A DNA stretch of 62,153 bases, filler included, from Choristocarpus tenellus KU-1152 (lineage: Eukaryota; Protista; Phaeophyceae), in the NCBI GenBank assembly GCA_964200185.2. It is 13 parts of 13 records of this genome, joined end to end, with 100 filler letters (N's around TTAATTAATTAA, not from the genome) between each part and the next. Parts side by side here need not be neighbours in the genome. Positions count along the whole stretch, not along the records: positions 9,259 to 22,005 come from CAXNAD020001720.1; positions 22,106 to 27,034 come from CAXNAD020012490.1; 11 more parts are not named here. The stretch is one strand, 5' to 3'. Shown one piece after another: positions 11,261-24,459 of the stretch (position 1 is the stretch's first letter; every line of letters starts with the position of its first letter). The position numbers and the translations under genes were made by a program. The notes under the pieces are model-generated. The model did no database searches, had not been told where the DNA came from, and worked only from the letters and a program-made list of their open reading frames with translations.

Positions 11261-13995
11261 TCAGGAACTTAATAGATGCCTGGCATACTACTACATTGTT
11301 TAATATTAGGAAGATCAAAACAGCTGCCGCTCGCCATGTGAAAGTGGTCGCAGAAACACACACGACACTACCTGCAGAGTTTGAGGTTGGGTATATGATG
11401 GCTTAGTATGCCCTCCTTGGTACTTGTGGTGGTATTTGTTACGTAGTATGTGTTGCTGGTGGGTGTACGATTCTTGATATGATTTTTGCCAGTGCGTGCC
11501 TGCGAATGATATATGCCCCTCCTTGAACTTCATGTGGTCCTTGATGCTTGAGGTGATACCTGTTTGGGGGGGGACTTGACCATTGGACACATACATTTTT
11601 CTTTTTTATATCATGTTGACACAGTTTGTTGTTGCAATCCTCCCTTCATATATTTATTTTTGTATCAATGTATTAAACAGAAACATATTCCTCCCCAGGC
11701 TAATGACAAATCAGGATATTTCCTGTTCCACCAACTTGGAAAAAGGTACTCAGCGGTCAAGTAAGGCGTCATGCATTTACCCCCGAACGGTACAAGAAAC
11801 ACGTCTACTGTCAAATGTTTTCTCCTAGTTGTACCACGGTGCCGACTAGAGGGCATAATGATAAATAAAAACCCTACAGAGAACGCTCTTGTTATGGATC
11901 TTGTGCACTATCTCCGCTTTCTTCTCCTCTTTCCTTTCTGTAGTAGTGTAGTTACATTTGTATCTTTGTTTTTCATCATACACTGAATATACATACTCGG
12001 AGTACATACACACACTAATCCATTATTGATTCAATTTATGGTAATGGGTCTGATCGCTCTGTATGTTCTTGATTCTCTATGACAACAACTTCCAATTGTT
12101 CGAGCATCATTGCAGCATGCATCAAGATAATGTTACAGTACCGAGCTAAACTCACCTATGTGGTATGATGTGCCACAACACTCAAGAACGCAGGTTGTAG
12201 ACAACTGCTCGGTGGACGTTCACAATGTCTTAATCACTTCAAGGATAACAACTAAGTTAATTTGTTTGGAAAAGTTGACCAATAACTAATCAGGGAATAA
12301 ATGACATACAAAAAAATATATATCGACACTTTATCCCAGTCAATTTTGGGTCAAGCCCATCCTCAATGAAAAGTTCCATCCTCAATTTTTGAAATCGGCT
12401 GTTTGAAACAGGAACAATACAATATTTACGAGTGCTTTCCTCAAATGATACATTAATTTTACTAAATTCGACAGAACTCCGGAAAATGTTAATTAGACGC
12501 TGAGGTGTACACAGGAAGTATTAAACAGATATCTTCTCCGTATTTGGAAAGCTGCGAACATTCTTTTTATGTGATGTATTTTTTGTTATACTATTCGTTA
12601 GCCAAGATGTCGAAAAACTAAGAAACATTGCATCGCGTTGTGTCAAGGCTACACTATCTCCCCAGTCCCTTCAGAGGCACTTGATCCCCAAAATTAATTC
12701 CTTCTGAAAGACGAGGATGTTGATTGAATAATAGCTCTCTGTCCCCATCATTGGTGCATTGCCAATGTTGGCACCAGGGAGGGCGTGTCCACCAATGATA
12801 TTGGTCCATTGCTAAGAAGTGGAGTCGGTGATGATTGAGTGGAGGAATCCTAAGTTGCGACTGAAGGAGTATTAACTTTTTCTCAAACAGGACGGAGAGC
12901 GTGCATTGTTTAGGAGCCTAAACACTAAAGGGTAGGTGGAGATCATTGGGAAGTTGAAGCCTAGAGGTGATGACAGATTAAGTGCGTAAGTCTCTCTACA
13001 AGTTGACACAGAATGAGATCTTCCCGTTGATCCACCATCTACCTGACCAGATGACTGACTAACCAATAGACGATTAACGGCATGGAGGTCAGTAGAATGG
13101 GGCAAGTTTTCACGGGGCAAGGGGAAGTCTTGGGAAGAAAGTGAAGATGAGTGTGTTGAAGGAGTGCCGCAAGGCAGTCGAAGAAGGCGACATTGTACTA
13201 TTGCTCAGCTATCAGGCACGGAACTGTTGAAGTGACGTAGTTTCTGAGAGAAGAGAAGACAAAGCTTGACGACCTAAAAGACTAACTGGGATTCATGGAG
13301 GATGAACTTCAATGTCTTTAGTCTTGAGGGTATGGGCGCTCTGACAAGAAGACAAGGTAGTGCGGGTGCTACTAACACTGCAGACTTTAGCAAGTTCTGA
13401 GAGTATGTAATTACCTACTTCTCCTACTCAATGGAGACAAGTAGAGTACCGAGAAAGCACCCACCAACTTTGTCAATATGTAACTTTCATGGCGAGTAAT
13501 TGGGAGTCTTGTTTCTGATCAAGGAAAAGCTGCCTGGCACGCAACAAGGAAAGATTGACAGGTGAGATGAGTTTGAAGACGAAGAAGTCGGGAAGTAGCC
13601 GTGGGTGGGGTGAATATCGCGGTAAACTCTCCTACATGTTGCCAGACATTAGGAAGATTTCAGAAGGGGGACTCAAGAGGGAGATAGTTCAGAAGTATTC
13701 AGGAAGGTCCGTACCTACCATCTTATTTACAGTGGCACTTAGAGTGGCATAGATAGACCTGTCAACCTTAGATTGGAGTAAAAGAAATCCAACAAGCCTA
13801 GCCCTGTCTTTAAGAGTACCCAATCGAGATAACAGAATAATGTAATAATACACAACTTTAGAATCCAAAGAGCTAAGCCATTGAGAAAGGATCACAATGT
13901 CAACGCTTTTGTCGAGATACTCGTTTCCTACGAGGTACATACACCCTGGATGGGATTGATGGACGAAACAAAAGTTTATTTACAGTTGTTCAAAA

Positions 13996-14069
13996 CGGTC
14001 CCGGTGAGGATTGAACTCACGACCTCTCGATTAACAGTCGAACGCTCTAGCCAGCTGAGCTACGGGACC
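13996..14069 (-). tRNA. trnN-GUU: tRNA-Asn (anticodon GUU)
   Basis: GGTCCCG TAGCTCAGCTGGCTAGAGC G TTCGA CTGTTAA TCGAG AGGTC GTGAG TTCAATC CTCAC CGGGACC G gives a full cloverleaf with A/B boxes, followed directly by TTTT (Pol III terminator). Confidence 0.95.
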
Positions 14070-16292
14070 CCATACGACCGGCTAGACATTAAGTATCTCG
14101 ATTAATAAACTAATTACCAATCAACCCTACAATATCGCTCTTGTTGTTCATGTATGCGTTAAGGGGTAGGGTCAATGTCACAACCTAAATCAAGGGGCGG
14201 TGATATGCGCGATCTCTTAATTTTTCCAGTATCCTATTTACTTATTATACATAATGTAGTTGGGGGGGTACCTGGATTTGGTTCCACCTATACTACACAA
14301 AAGCCTGGCGAATATCCCTCCAGTATTTTGGCTAGGTTTGCACTGGTTCGTTACAGTCTGGCGCTGTGAGCCCTTCTGTTGGCGATTATTGTTCCAAGGA
14401 TTTCCTTTCAACCTTCCGACGAGTAGAAAGTGTTGCTGGTGGGAGCTGCGGGACCCACATTCTAATCAAACGCAAATAGAGGGACTGAGATGGAAGTGTG
14501 GTGTACGCTCTGCTTTTTCTGTGTGTTCTTGTCTGTTCCTGAAAAGAGATTGTGAACCTGATATTCCCCTCTCTGCTGAGTGTCCCTTCCAACAATATGC
14601 TCATATGTGCTTGGTCCCTGCACCTCAAGTCCAGAGGATCTCACACGCTCAGACAAACGTGTTGCATCAATTCTGTTGAGCGATAATCCTGTTGTGGACA
14701 CACATCTCTTGAGAACTTGCAACAAACCTGATGGGCTATTACCAACCTTCCATCACTAGGATGAGGCCCTACTGTCCACTTTCATTTGTAGGGCTGTGCT
14801 GTGGGGGAAGAGAGGAAGCTCCTCCAGTTTGTAGCTAGAGTGCTTCAACAGCCCCAGGATTAATAAAGAGGTGAACACCCGCCACTAAGCACCCACAGTG
14901 CTCAAGCAACAGTAGGGCAAAAGGTACAAGGGGAGGCTGCATGGGCTGTTCTTGGAGGAATAGAGAAGCTTCATCAGCCAGTAAACCTGGTGCTCAACCT
15001 TCAAGAAGAGGAAAGGTACTGAATAGGGAGCCGTGCCTGAGAAGAAGGGATGGACTGTGCCAGGATAATGGTCTATGCCTACATCTGAAAATTTTCATAG
15101 AGCTATCTATGTGTATATTCGTAGGTGTGTGTTTTTTGTGCTATTTTGACCTTCAGAATGATCCGCACAGAATTCTAAACTGCTTCATAATATTGATGGT
15201 ATCACAGGCCAGAGCCCTGTCGGACAGCACGATACAGATCCAATACAAATTTTCCCACAGCTTACTGTGATGGGATGTGTATTTCCAATCCACAGGCCTG
15301 TAGGCTGAAGACAAGACTCGTAGACGGCACCATGATGGAAATATCAACAAATATACTGTATCTCTCGCTTGGATTAATCACTTTATGCTTTGATTGGGGT
15401 ATACAGATAGAGCTGCCATGAAGGGCACAGGCAATACATGTTCTCGCAATGAATATAAAAATAGTCAAGAAGTACATTATTTAGAATCTAAAACTTCAAG
15501 CTCGTAATGGCATTTGTGAAACCACCAATATTAAGACCCATCGCCTGTGATGAATCATTCTATAGGCCAGCCATTTCCTCAATATTGTTTTACCCCCCTT
15601 CCATGGCACACTTGCACATAAATAAGGTTGTCTTCTTGTTTGTGATCGCACTCCATTTTGGTGAAATATTGAAAAATGTTTATCAAAATTTGGTTGGACT
15701 ACAGGTAGACTAGAAGGGGGGCATGTCTGGCAATAGCTATATATACCCATTGCTTCACCGGAACTGAAGGTGTTAAATGGCGCAAGGGTGGTCTTTGGGG
15801 GGTGAGATAGAGCATTGGTTTCGATTTTTGCTGTGTGCATTAGTTTAGACATGCAATCGTGTAGAAAGTCATAAAACGAAATCAGTCTAGCTGACTCGGT
15901 GCCTGTTTGCTAGTACAGAATAGAGGCAGGTAATGGTCATTGTCGTGCCCTCGATCACATGACGTTTGAGCTGCTCGATCTCTCCCCTTTTCCACAGTGT
16001 TCCCCAAAGGCGGCATCATTTCGGGCTATGCCCTTGCTTACATCTGATGCCCCACACACAGCAGAGTACCCCTTGGGGATATTTGATTTGGTTTGCATTC
16101 CATCTTGAGAATTACGCACTCTCAGACGAACTTGTTGTGACAATGTTGTCAAGTAATAACGCTGTGAAGTATTCCTGTCTGTGTCTCACTTCCAAGAACC
16201 GTTATGTGCTATACTGCCGATTTCCTGTGGCGAGCATGGGGTACTGCAGGATGCAGTGCTGCGTGTGGGTAACATGGGCAGGCTATGCCGTG

Positions 16293-16551
16293 GAGTTTAA
16301 GTATCTTAGAGGGTAGAGTCGCGTCTGTTTGGGGACCGAAATCCAATGTTGCGATTTTGATGTAATTTTGGCTATCATGTTCGTTAGGAAGTGTCAATAT
16401 CCTTGTTCTGGATACACCTTTCGTAACGTACACATTTTACCTACTCCGAAACATTTCGGAATAGGTACAAATGCCATTAAAAAAAAGTTAGTAGCCAAGC
16501 CACAAACGAACAAACAGGGCAAATCTCGAACCCTCTAAGATACTTTCACTC
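16293..16551 (-). mobile_element. MITE family A copy
   Basis: Both TIRs and the central hairpin are present. Confidence 0.9.
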
Positions 16552-17299
16552 TCCAGTGAGTAGGCACAGAGGGGGGCTGTGCGTTCATTTCAAGGGGCGT
16601 GTGCCTGGGTAAACCTGTGCGGGTTCTGTTGGAGGAAAATGAGGAGAAGGAGAATATCCTCGACAGAGAAGCCACAGTGCTTGAGCAGCACTAGGAAGAA
16701 AGGTATAGAGGCGGCTATTTGGTCTATGCGTGGCGGAAAAGATGCGGCAATAGCAGCAAAAAAAAAGGTAAGAATTACTACAACAAAAAAGAACGAAAAA
16801 TCCTGGAGTTTTTAATAGAGAGGATTTTGCGACTTATGGTTACAACTTCCAGTTCTCATTTGTTGATTGTGATCAATCATCTAGGTGACAGTGCTCTGCA
16901 CGTGGCGTGCAACATGTATACGTCCCTTCACTGGTGATGAGCCCATCTCGAGGCGAAGCGTTAGAGGCTAACATGGTAGAAATGCATGCACATGTCATCC
17001 TTTGTGAACAACCAGAGTAATTGGTCTAAGAGTATTCAGTTATCAGTTCAACATGCTTAAATGGATGTGGCTGGTTGTAATTGGCGCTGATTTACGAGTC
17101 TAGAAAACAGCATTCAGCAGGCAATCAGTGGTGGTGGGTGTGCATGTACCTTCATCTGCTTAAACTGTTCTAGCTGCTATGTTTGCATTATGTACATCAG
17201 CTGTAACAGGTTCATTGGAACCTCACTCATCCATGAAGGTTTCTGTACAGTCAGCAACACACTTGTACCATCTGTATTGGTTTGTTGCCCTTGTACTTT

Positions 17300-19260
17300 A
17301 TCCCTCGACAGTCATCACAACAAAATCCTCGAGATCGTCTTGCGTGCACGTCCACCAGCTCTTCTCCTATCTACCTCAGTTCCGTTTTCCACCAGCAAGT
17401 TCCACGTACATCAATCGCCTTTGGGAATCACCCATCCTCCATGTGTGCAAATGAATCTGTAAACAGGGGCCTCTGATTTTGCAATATTTCCTCAATACCT
17501 TCAGACAGGCAGTCATGAAGAACAAATGTTTAGGACAACATGTGGTCAGTGCGTTCCCATTTGTGAAGTCCAATGCAGCATAGGAGAACGTCATGGCATG
17601 ATATGAGGCTTCATATGGTATGCCTGGCGAAGTGTCCATGTCACATTCCCATATTACAAGATATTGATCAAGTTCTCCAGCCTCGAGGATTCAAATCATA
17701 AGCTCATGAAAAGCCTGTGGTTCTGTCGTAAGGTACTTGACTGTACTTCCAGAAACAACCTCAGACTTTTGAGTCCATCAACTTATCTTGGCAGTGATAT
17801 CAGTTTTGTCGGAAATTGTGCCCCCAAGGTAAATAAGCTTGTCAGTCTGCTTGTAGATTTAGCCCAACACCCGAATCTGCATCATGTGTGTATCCTTGTT
17901 GGAAGGTCAAAGGCACATTGTTCCTCTTCGACTCCAATGCAGTCATCCCAAATGACCTGGTCCCCTTTCAAATTACACTACCATCCTAGCTAGCCTTCCT
18001 CACGCCTTATGACAGAATGCCGGCATCATCGGCATAGAGCTTACCCCACAGGAGTCGTTCAAGGGTTACCTCACCCACTGTTGCTCCCCCTCTGACCTGG
18101 TTGTTTGTCACAGCATCCTCGGTGACACATTAAGGGCTCAAAGTATTTGGGGGGGGGGGGGTAGCAGCTGTCCATTTGGGGTCCATTTTTTCATGTCGCG
18201 ATTTTTTTGTGATTTGGTTGCATCCATCGGATAATGTAAATGCACTTCTGCTGGTCAGGACCCAAATGGACACCTTGGTATAGATCCCCCCCCCACACAC
18301 AAGATACTTTGAGCCAAGATCCTTAAAGATGGCAGGGTCATAGGTGAACTCTTTGACCGCTTCGCTTCTGATTGTTGTGAAAACATATTGAACAGGATGG
18401 GAGCAAGAAATACACCCTTGTTGAATACCCTGCCTGACCTCAAACCAATCCTCACACTCTCCATCACACATGTGGACATGTGCTCGATTACCAACTTGGC
18501 ATTGGCAGATAGCTGTGATCATCATTTTAGGGACTCCGAACTTGGCAAGCACACCCTACAGGAGGTTGCCGTTAACAGAGACATACGCTTTCTGTAAATC
18601 AATGAGGCCATGAACCAAGCTACGCAAATTTCCCAGCCATTGTGCAACAACCTCGAGAAGCACTTTGCCATTGTAAGCTACGAGTAATATGCCCATGTGG
18701 TTAAGACAATCTGTTCAATCTTTCTTCTTGTGGGGCTATTCAGTAACTGCACCCTTCCAAACCTATGACACACCTTTCGTGGTCCCACACAGCAAACAAA
18801 AAGTTGTGGAATCTCCAGAGGAAAATTTTGTCCTCATTCAGACCAAGTTTCAGGATCTCATCAAGGAGGTCATCTGGTCCTTCGCCTCCCTGTTTGCCAT
18901 GGCTCGGATTATTTAGTCACTTCTACCAGCTCTGGTGTATCAGCCAGTGCCATGGAAGTGTGTGTATTGTTGACCCAGGGCTTCAGCACTGTTGGGTTTG
19001 AGGTTGATCGAGTTGTCGTGGAGGAGCACCTTGAAGTGTCTCCCCCACATCTCTGTGATAAGTGCTTTCTCTGAGTAGCATGCCATATTTGTTGTCGATG
19101 TGTTAAGAGGCATTCTACTGGTCCCCTTTGCATTGAAACCTTGCAGGTACTGGTAGAAACCAACTTGATGCCCAAGATGAATACGGCGCCCCACCTTCTT
19201 GGTGTGGGTGTTGAGGATCTCCTGTAAAGCAGACACCGATCTCCCCTTTGAGCTATTTGT
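17300..19260 (-). pseudogene. RTE-clade LINE reverse transcriptase, decayed and interrupted by a MITE
   Basis: Ordered motifs on the minus strand: WGRHFKVLL, GPDDLLDEILK, HKKKD, FIDLQKAY, LAKFGVPKMM, WFEVRQGIQQGC, LYADDAGI (~18025-18045). Many stops and frameshifts. Confidence 0.9.
18135..18315 (+). mobile_element. MITE family B copy inserted in the LINE RT
   Basis: TIR GGCTCAAAGTAT...ATACTTTGAGCC with an exact 3-bp TSD AAG/AAG. Confidence 0.92.
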
Positions 19261-19623
19261 CAGCCATCTTCAGCCTCTATTTAGAAATAGTGTTTCTAGG
19301 GATTTATGTGCTCTTGTTGCCATGATCATTACTGCTTTTCCGAGGCCTCCAAGAAGCTTGCTTAAGCTGGGCACTTGCACACCAACCTCCTGGCAACGCC
19401 TTCCACGTGCATGTTGCACATTAGTTCGGTGGTTGATGCAATGATATTTGAAAACATCGTGCAGATGTTGTCCTGGAGAAGGAAGCAATACAAAGACTAG
19501 AGCAGAAAGAGAAGAATATACTAGTTTTGATACTATGTGTAGAATAGAAAACACACATATATATATCCAGATAAACAAGAAATAAACAACGCAGAAACAG
19601 TAGTCCTGAAAATTCAAGGAAAA

Positions 19624-19879
19624 GTGTGGAAGTATCTCAGAGCGTACGAGTTTTGCCCTGTTTGTCCATTTGGAGCTTGGCTTCCCATGTTTTTTTTAAT
19701 GACATTTTCCTACTCCAAAATGTTTTGGAGTAGGTAAAATGTATGTCATGAAAGGTGTGTCCGGAGCATGGATATTGACACTTCCTAACAAACACGATAG
19801 CCAAAAGGACATCAAAATCGCAACATTGGATTTTGGTCCCGAAGTGGACGCGGCTCTACCCTCGAAGATATTTTGACTC
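19624..19879 (+). mobile_element. MITE family A copy
   Basis: Both TIRs and the hairpin CCTACTCCAAAA/TTTTGGAGTAGG. Confidence 0.9.
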
Positions 19880-21137
19880 AATCAACATACAAAAAATAAA
19901 ATACTTGAAAATAAATAAAATGAAGAAAAAATAAACTTCAATCTTCTACATCCAGACACCTCTGACGAGGTACCAGGCGAATAGGGAAAGGGGAAAGAAC
20001 AAGGAACCACCTGTCTTGGCAAGTAGTATAGTAGTGGTACATGCCTTCTGCTGATGATCCTGACAATATCTCAAGGACTCAGGAGACCTTAAGTTAAGAT
20101 CAAGACCATGATCGTAACAACCATAGTGTGCGAGGCGTTTGGACTGTGTTGGAGAAGAACACAGAGACCATGTGCCCCTCGATCTCTGGATACCCCAATA
20201 TCCAGGCGAGGAAGTGCAGATATGCCTGTTGGGCGAAATGTATAAGCACACTGACAACAAACTTTAGCTTATACTCTCAGTCGGTGTTGATGCTGATACG
20301 ACAGAGGCCACCGTTTGTGAGTATCATGGAGTGCATCGACACTAATGGTCACTTGGCCGAGAACTTGGAGTTTGAGGAACCTACAGGCGTGGTTATAAAC
20401 CGAAAGGGGAAGATGAAAGGACCGGAGAATAACTGGTGATAGTGCTTACAAGATGACCTTGATTGTTTCAATATTCCATCTGAAAATTGAGGATCATTTG
20501 TAGAAGATTCAAACCGATGGTACATATTTTGTGTAGGATAGAGCCAAGGACTTCATCGATGCCTGGCACGCTAGGGAGGCCAAAGCAGCTGCACCTTTTA
20601 GCCATACAAAAGTGGTCACTGTCATTAAACATGGCTGCAGAGGTTGAGGTTGGGTATGGGGTGGCCCAGGATACCCTTCTTGGTACTGGTGGTAGTATTG
20701 ATGTGTGGCAGGCGATGTATTGTTCATGTTTGCCTGTTATTATACCGTTATTGCCGTATGCCATATGCCATATACCGTTATACCGTTATACCGTAGTACC
20801 GATTGAGGTTCCCAGTCAAGCGTCCATGATTTCATGGACAGACTTTCTGTCAGTTTGGAACCATGGAATATTTTCACGTGATCAATCCCATAGACTGGGG
20901 ACAGCTCATCATTCAGAGTTGTCAGACTTGGAAGATCCACTTTATTCTCACGTCTTGACTGATGATGAAGCTCGATCTTGATGATGCTCATCACTCCTTC
21001 AATTTGCCTTGTCCAACCTTAACCTCGTACTCTCGGTTACGGTTCGTCCTTCTTCATCTGGTCCGTCTTGCCCAGTGACTCTCTTCACCACCCTTGCCTG
21101 AGTGAACCACGCCGCAACAGAATCACACGATTCACTT

Positions 21138-21194
21138 TGGCGACAACAGTGAGATTCGAACTCACGCGTGCGAAGCACACAAACTTAGCAAATC
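21138..21194 (-). pseudogene. 3' half of mature tRNA-Ser(GCU) including CCA (extended PBS)
   Basis: The minus strand reads TTGCTAA (anticodon loop), GTGC-TTC-GCAC (long variable arm), GTGAG-TTCGAAT-CTCAC (T arm), TGTTGTC-G-CCA. The 5' half is absent. Confidence 0.88.
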
Positions 21195-21669
21195 GTCTCT
21201 TTCTTACTCCTTTTTTCTTTCTGCCTTCCTATGTGATCCATACTAATCTCGAAGCTTGTTGACGGTAAGTACTTGACCACTGACCCCTTCTCATATTTCT
21301 CTTCCGTCGATTTTTTTTTGTGTTCCTTTTATTGATGAGAATGTGTTCGTGTATTTTACACATCGACTCATTTTTTCTCCTTCATTCTTTCTCTCTTCCT
21401 AATTGTTGAATTTGCATTATTTTTTGTTGGTCTTAGACAGTAGTAATATATTATTATTCGCTCTAACGTTTTGGAGATGTGTGAGGGAAAAAGTAAAAAC
21501 CGCTGTCTATCACAAGTACCATCATAAAAGTATCGTTGTCTTAAGTAGCGGAAGGTATACTTCCGACATATAAACTTTCCCTTTTCAGAATATATATTTC
21601 AAAACTAGATTTCTTTGAATATGAGATAAGTGAGGAAGTATGGTTATAACGTCTTTTACCGAGAACACT

Positions 21670-21920
21670 GAAAGAATAGACCACAATGAAATTCATCATA
21701 ACAAAGAAGAATACAATCTCGAAGTTTGATATTATTAGGAACTCGAAGAAGAGGGAACAATCGAAGCCATTATCAAGAAGAATACAATCTCGAAGTTTTG
21801 ATATTATTAGGAACTCGAAGAAGTGGGAACAAGAATAGACCACAATGAAATTCATCACAACAAAGAAGAATACAATCTCGAAGTTTGATATTATTAGGAA
21901 CTCGAAGAAGTGGGAACAAT
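21670..21920. repeat. Complex tandem duplication inside an LTR
   Basis: GAAGAATACAATCTCGAAGTTTGATATTATTAGGAACTCGAAGAAG x3 and GAATAGACCACAATGAAATTCATCA x2. Confidence 0.9.
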
Positions 21921-22105
21921 CGGAGCGATTATTACCACCCGACTGAGCCCCATTCCCCTGCAAATCATCAGTCCCACTCCTCCGTGTTCAACACTGCCCC
22001 CCCCCNNNNNNNNNNNNNNNNNNNNNNNNNNNNNNNNNNNNNNNNNNNNTTAATTAATTAANNNNNNNNNNNNNNNNNNNNNNNNNNNNNNNNNNNNNNN
22101 NNNNN

Positions 22106-22195
22106 GCCGTATGTAACCAAATCACCCAAAAATCGTGGTATGAAAAAATTGCCCCCAAATGGACAGCCTCCACCCCCCCCCAGATACTTTGAGCA
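22106..22195 (-). mobile_element. MITE family B partial copy
   Basis: CCCCAAATGGACAGC...(C)nAGATACTTTGAGC. Confidence 0.85.
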
Positions 22196-22429
22196 TTTTG
22201 AGTCTCGAAAACCGGCCTCGACAAGTATCTGCATCCAGCCCTCTTCTCTGTGATTACCAAATATGGTCCTCCTCACTTTCCTTGTTCAATCTCAAAAAAT
22301 CGTAGAACCGTCAGGACTTGAAAATATCTCCCAATTTTCATGTGGACGCTAACACTTGAATATCTAGAGGTTCGTGTCAAGGGTCATAAGGACTTGAAGG
22401 TAAAGTCGTACAGTTTCCCTGCCATTACT

Positions 22430-22880
22430 TTGTCAGAAGTAGCGAATACCGCGCATAGAAATGCTTCCCTAGCTACTCGCTCTGACCCAAAGCATCAGGG
22501 GGGGGGGCGGGTCTACACCAGAGTGTCCATTTGGACCAAGACCAGAAAAAGTACACTTTCATTATCCATCCAACGTACGGAACCAAATCACCCAAATATC
22601 GCGACATGAAAAAAATGGCCCCAAATGAACAGCCGCCACCCCCCCCCCCAGATACTTTGAACCCCTGCGCTATAGGGCTAAGTTAGGTTGGAGGCGTAAT
22701 AGGGGAGTGGTGTATTATAGTTGGTAAGTCAAATAGTATATAGATTTTGGAGAGATAGATATCTTTCACATTTACCACAACAACTGATGTTTTTTCAAAA
22801 TTCTTACGATATTGAACTTGCTTTTTCCCTAACACATACATGTGGAAAATGTTAGAGGGCATAATAATAAAAATATATTG
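22430..22880 (-). mobile_element. Ty3-type LTR copy (homologous to 805-1045) interrupted by a family B MITE
   Basis: Reverse complement aligns to 805-1045 on both sides of the MITE. Confidence 0.65.
22484..22663 (-). mobile_element. MITE family B copy
   Basis: GACCCAAAGCATCA(G)n...(C)nAGATACTTTGAACC. Confidence 0.9.
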
Positions 22881-24459
22881 AACGAGACTATTGTGGTTTA
22901 GAGGTGTGGAAAGTACAAAAATTCGAAAAATGAGATATTAAAAGTACCTACAAACCGAGAAAAAAAATCTTTGGCTTGTACTTTTCCATTTAAAGAGAAT
23001 ATAAACTTTAGACAGGTTTTGAAGAGAAAAAAGGGAGGTGTTTATGTTACAAAATATGGTGCAAGTATTTCTTCCAGCGCTCTTACCAGGGCGAGAAGTA
23101 AGTGTACGTGAGTGTGGAACCCCGAAAACGATACCTCCAATTTGTTCAAAGTTGTAGAGTAAATTTGTAACTTGAGAATATATGCAACGGTTCTGAGATG
23201 TATCTTAACGTCTGTAAACTCGAATAAATAAACGAAGGATAAAGAGATGTCCACCTCTCACATTTCTGGAGTTTATTCCATACAATATTTTCTCGTTGAC
23301 TCAGAAGTATATACTTTCATCTGCTGACCTGATATTCACCATCCTCGTTGAACCTTTTGACTGTCAGAGTATCCCAGGAGTCCTGTACAAGCATCAGCGC
23401 CATCTATATGCCAGTGGATTGGAAGTATACATCCCGTGGAGGTAAGCTTTGGAGCGTGCTGTAACGTATAGACCCACTAGTGACGAGGTTTTCAAATCAT
23501 TCCAGGATTTTTTTTGGTTCAAGTGGGCCCGAACCTGCAATACACCCTATCGGCGAAGAAGAGACCTGAATTCGACACTAGACTTCAGTCTCCACCCTTG
23601 CATATAGTTCCTCTTCGAAATAAAAGATTCAAGCCCTCAAAAAAAAGCCGAATCCTCGCACGCATAGAGAGATTTGAACACACAAGTTGTGTAGTAGCAT
23701 CTTCCCACATTCCTCCTAAAAAACGCGATTTACCCATCAACTGGCGTGATTTGGCCATCAACTCTGGGTACTGGAACTGTGTTGGGTACTGGGCGTTGGC
23801 CACTGATTAACATGATGTGAAGATGCGTCCAACGTCCGCCCATCACTCCTGAGTGCAGCCAATTTCTGGCGGGAAGCAGTGAACAAATTGGAGGGAAGAA
23901 TTATTATCATGACAGCATTATTACTGTCGACACTTCCAATTTCGTTCATCCGAAATATCCTATTTATCCTTAGAATCATTAGTCCAACAATATTTTTTTC
24001 GATTTAAGAGATTTCAGGGGTCTTAAAACCTAATTGGGGCCAGCATATTTTCGTGGGATCGGGGCAATAGAAATATACAGATCCACTCCTTTTCGCGTCT
24101 GGTTACAGGTTTTATCTTATGAAGGAAAGTACCACACTGACCTGTTGCGCATGTACAAGGTCGAAACAATCGAGTTGGGGGTGAGGGAAAGATCACAACT
24201 TTCAAGCGCTCAGCTTGTGGAGGCATTTCCGATGGGTAGTTCTTGTTGTAGGAACAACCTGAGCAAGGAGGACCACACCAATGTGAGCATTGATTCAAGG
24301 GAACAATCTCAGAGGGAATGTTGTCGTATACTCAACTAATATTTAATGCTACGTAGTAGTCTAGATACTAGCCATTTTATACTAGAAGTCCCGAGTTAAC
24401 CTTGGTAACTTGAAAAGTGCCTTTCTGGGAGGTCCAAAAATCTCTGCACGAACCTCTAA

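Larger units (their letters stand above)
21060..22005 (+). mobile_element. Non-autonomous (TRIM-like) LTR element: LTR end, tRNA-Ser PBS, ~340-bp noncoding interior, 3' LTR
   Basis: The LTR 3' end (21065-21136) matches 47294-47365, which ends GATTCACA. PBS TGGCGACAACAGTGAG at 21138. The family pre-LTR motif CTCTAACGTTTTGGAGATG precedes TGTGAGGG at 21480, giving TGTGA...TCACA termini. Confidence 0.65.

Noticed and set aside
21138-21194. Functional tRNA-Ser gene
   Set aside because: No 5' acceptor strand or D arm; carries CCA and sits at the PBS position.
21541-21963. 140-aa hydrophobic repeat ORF
   Set aside because: Antisense translation of tandem duplications inside an LTR.
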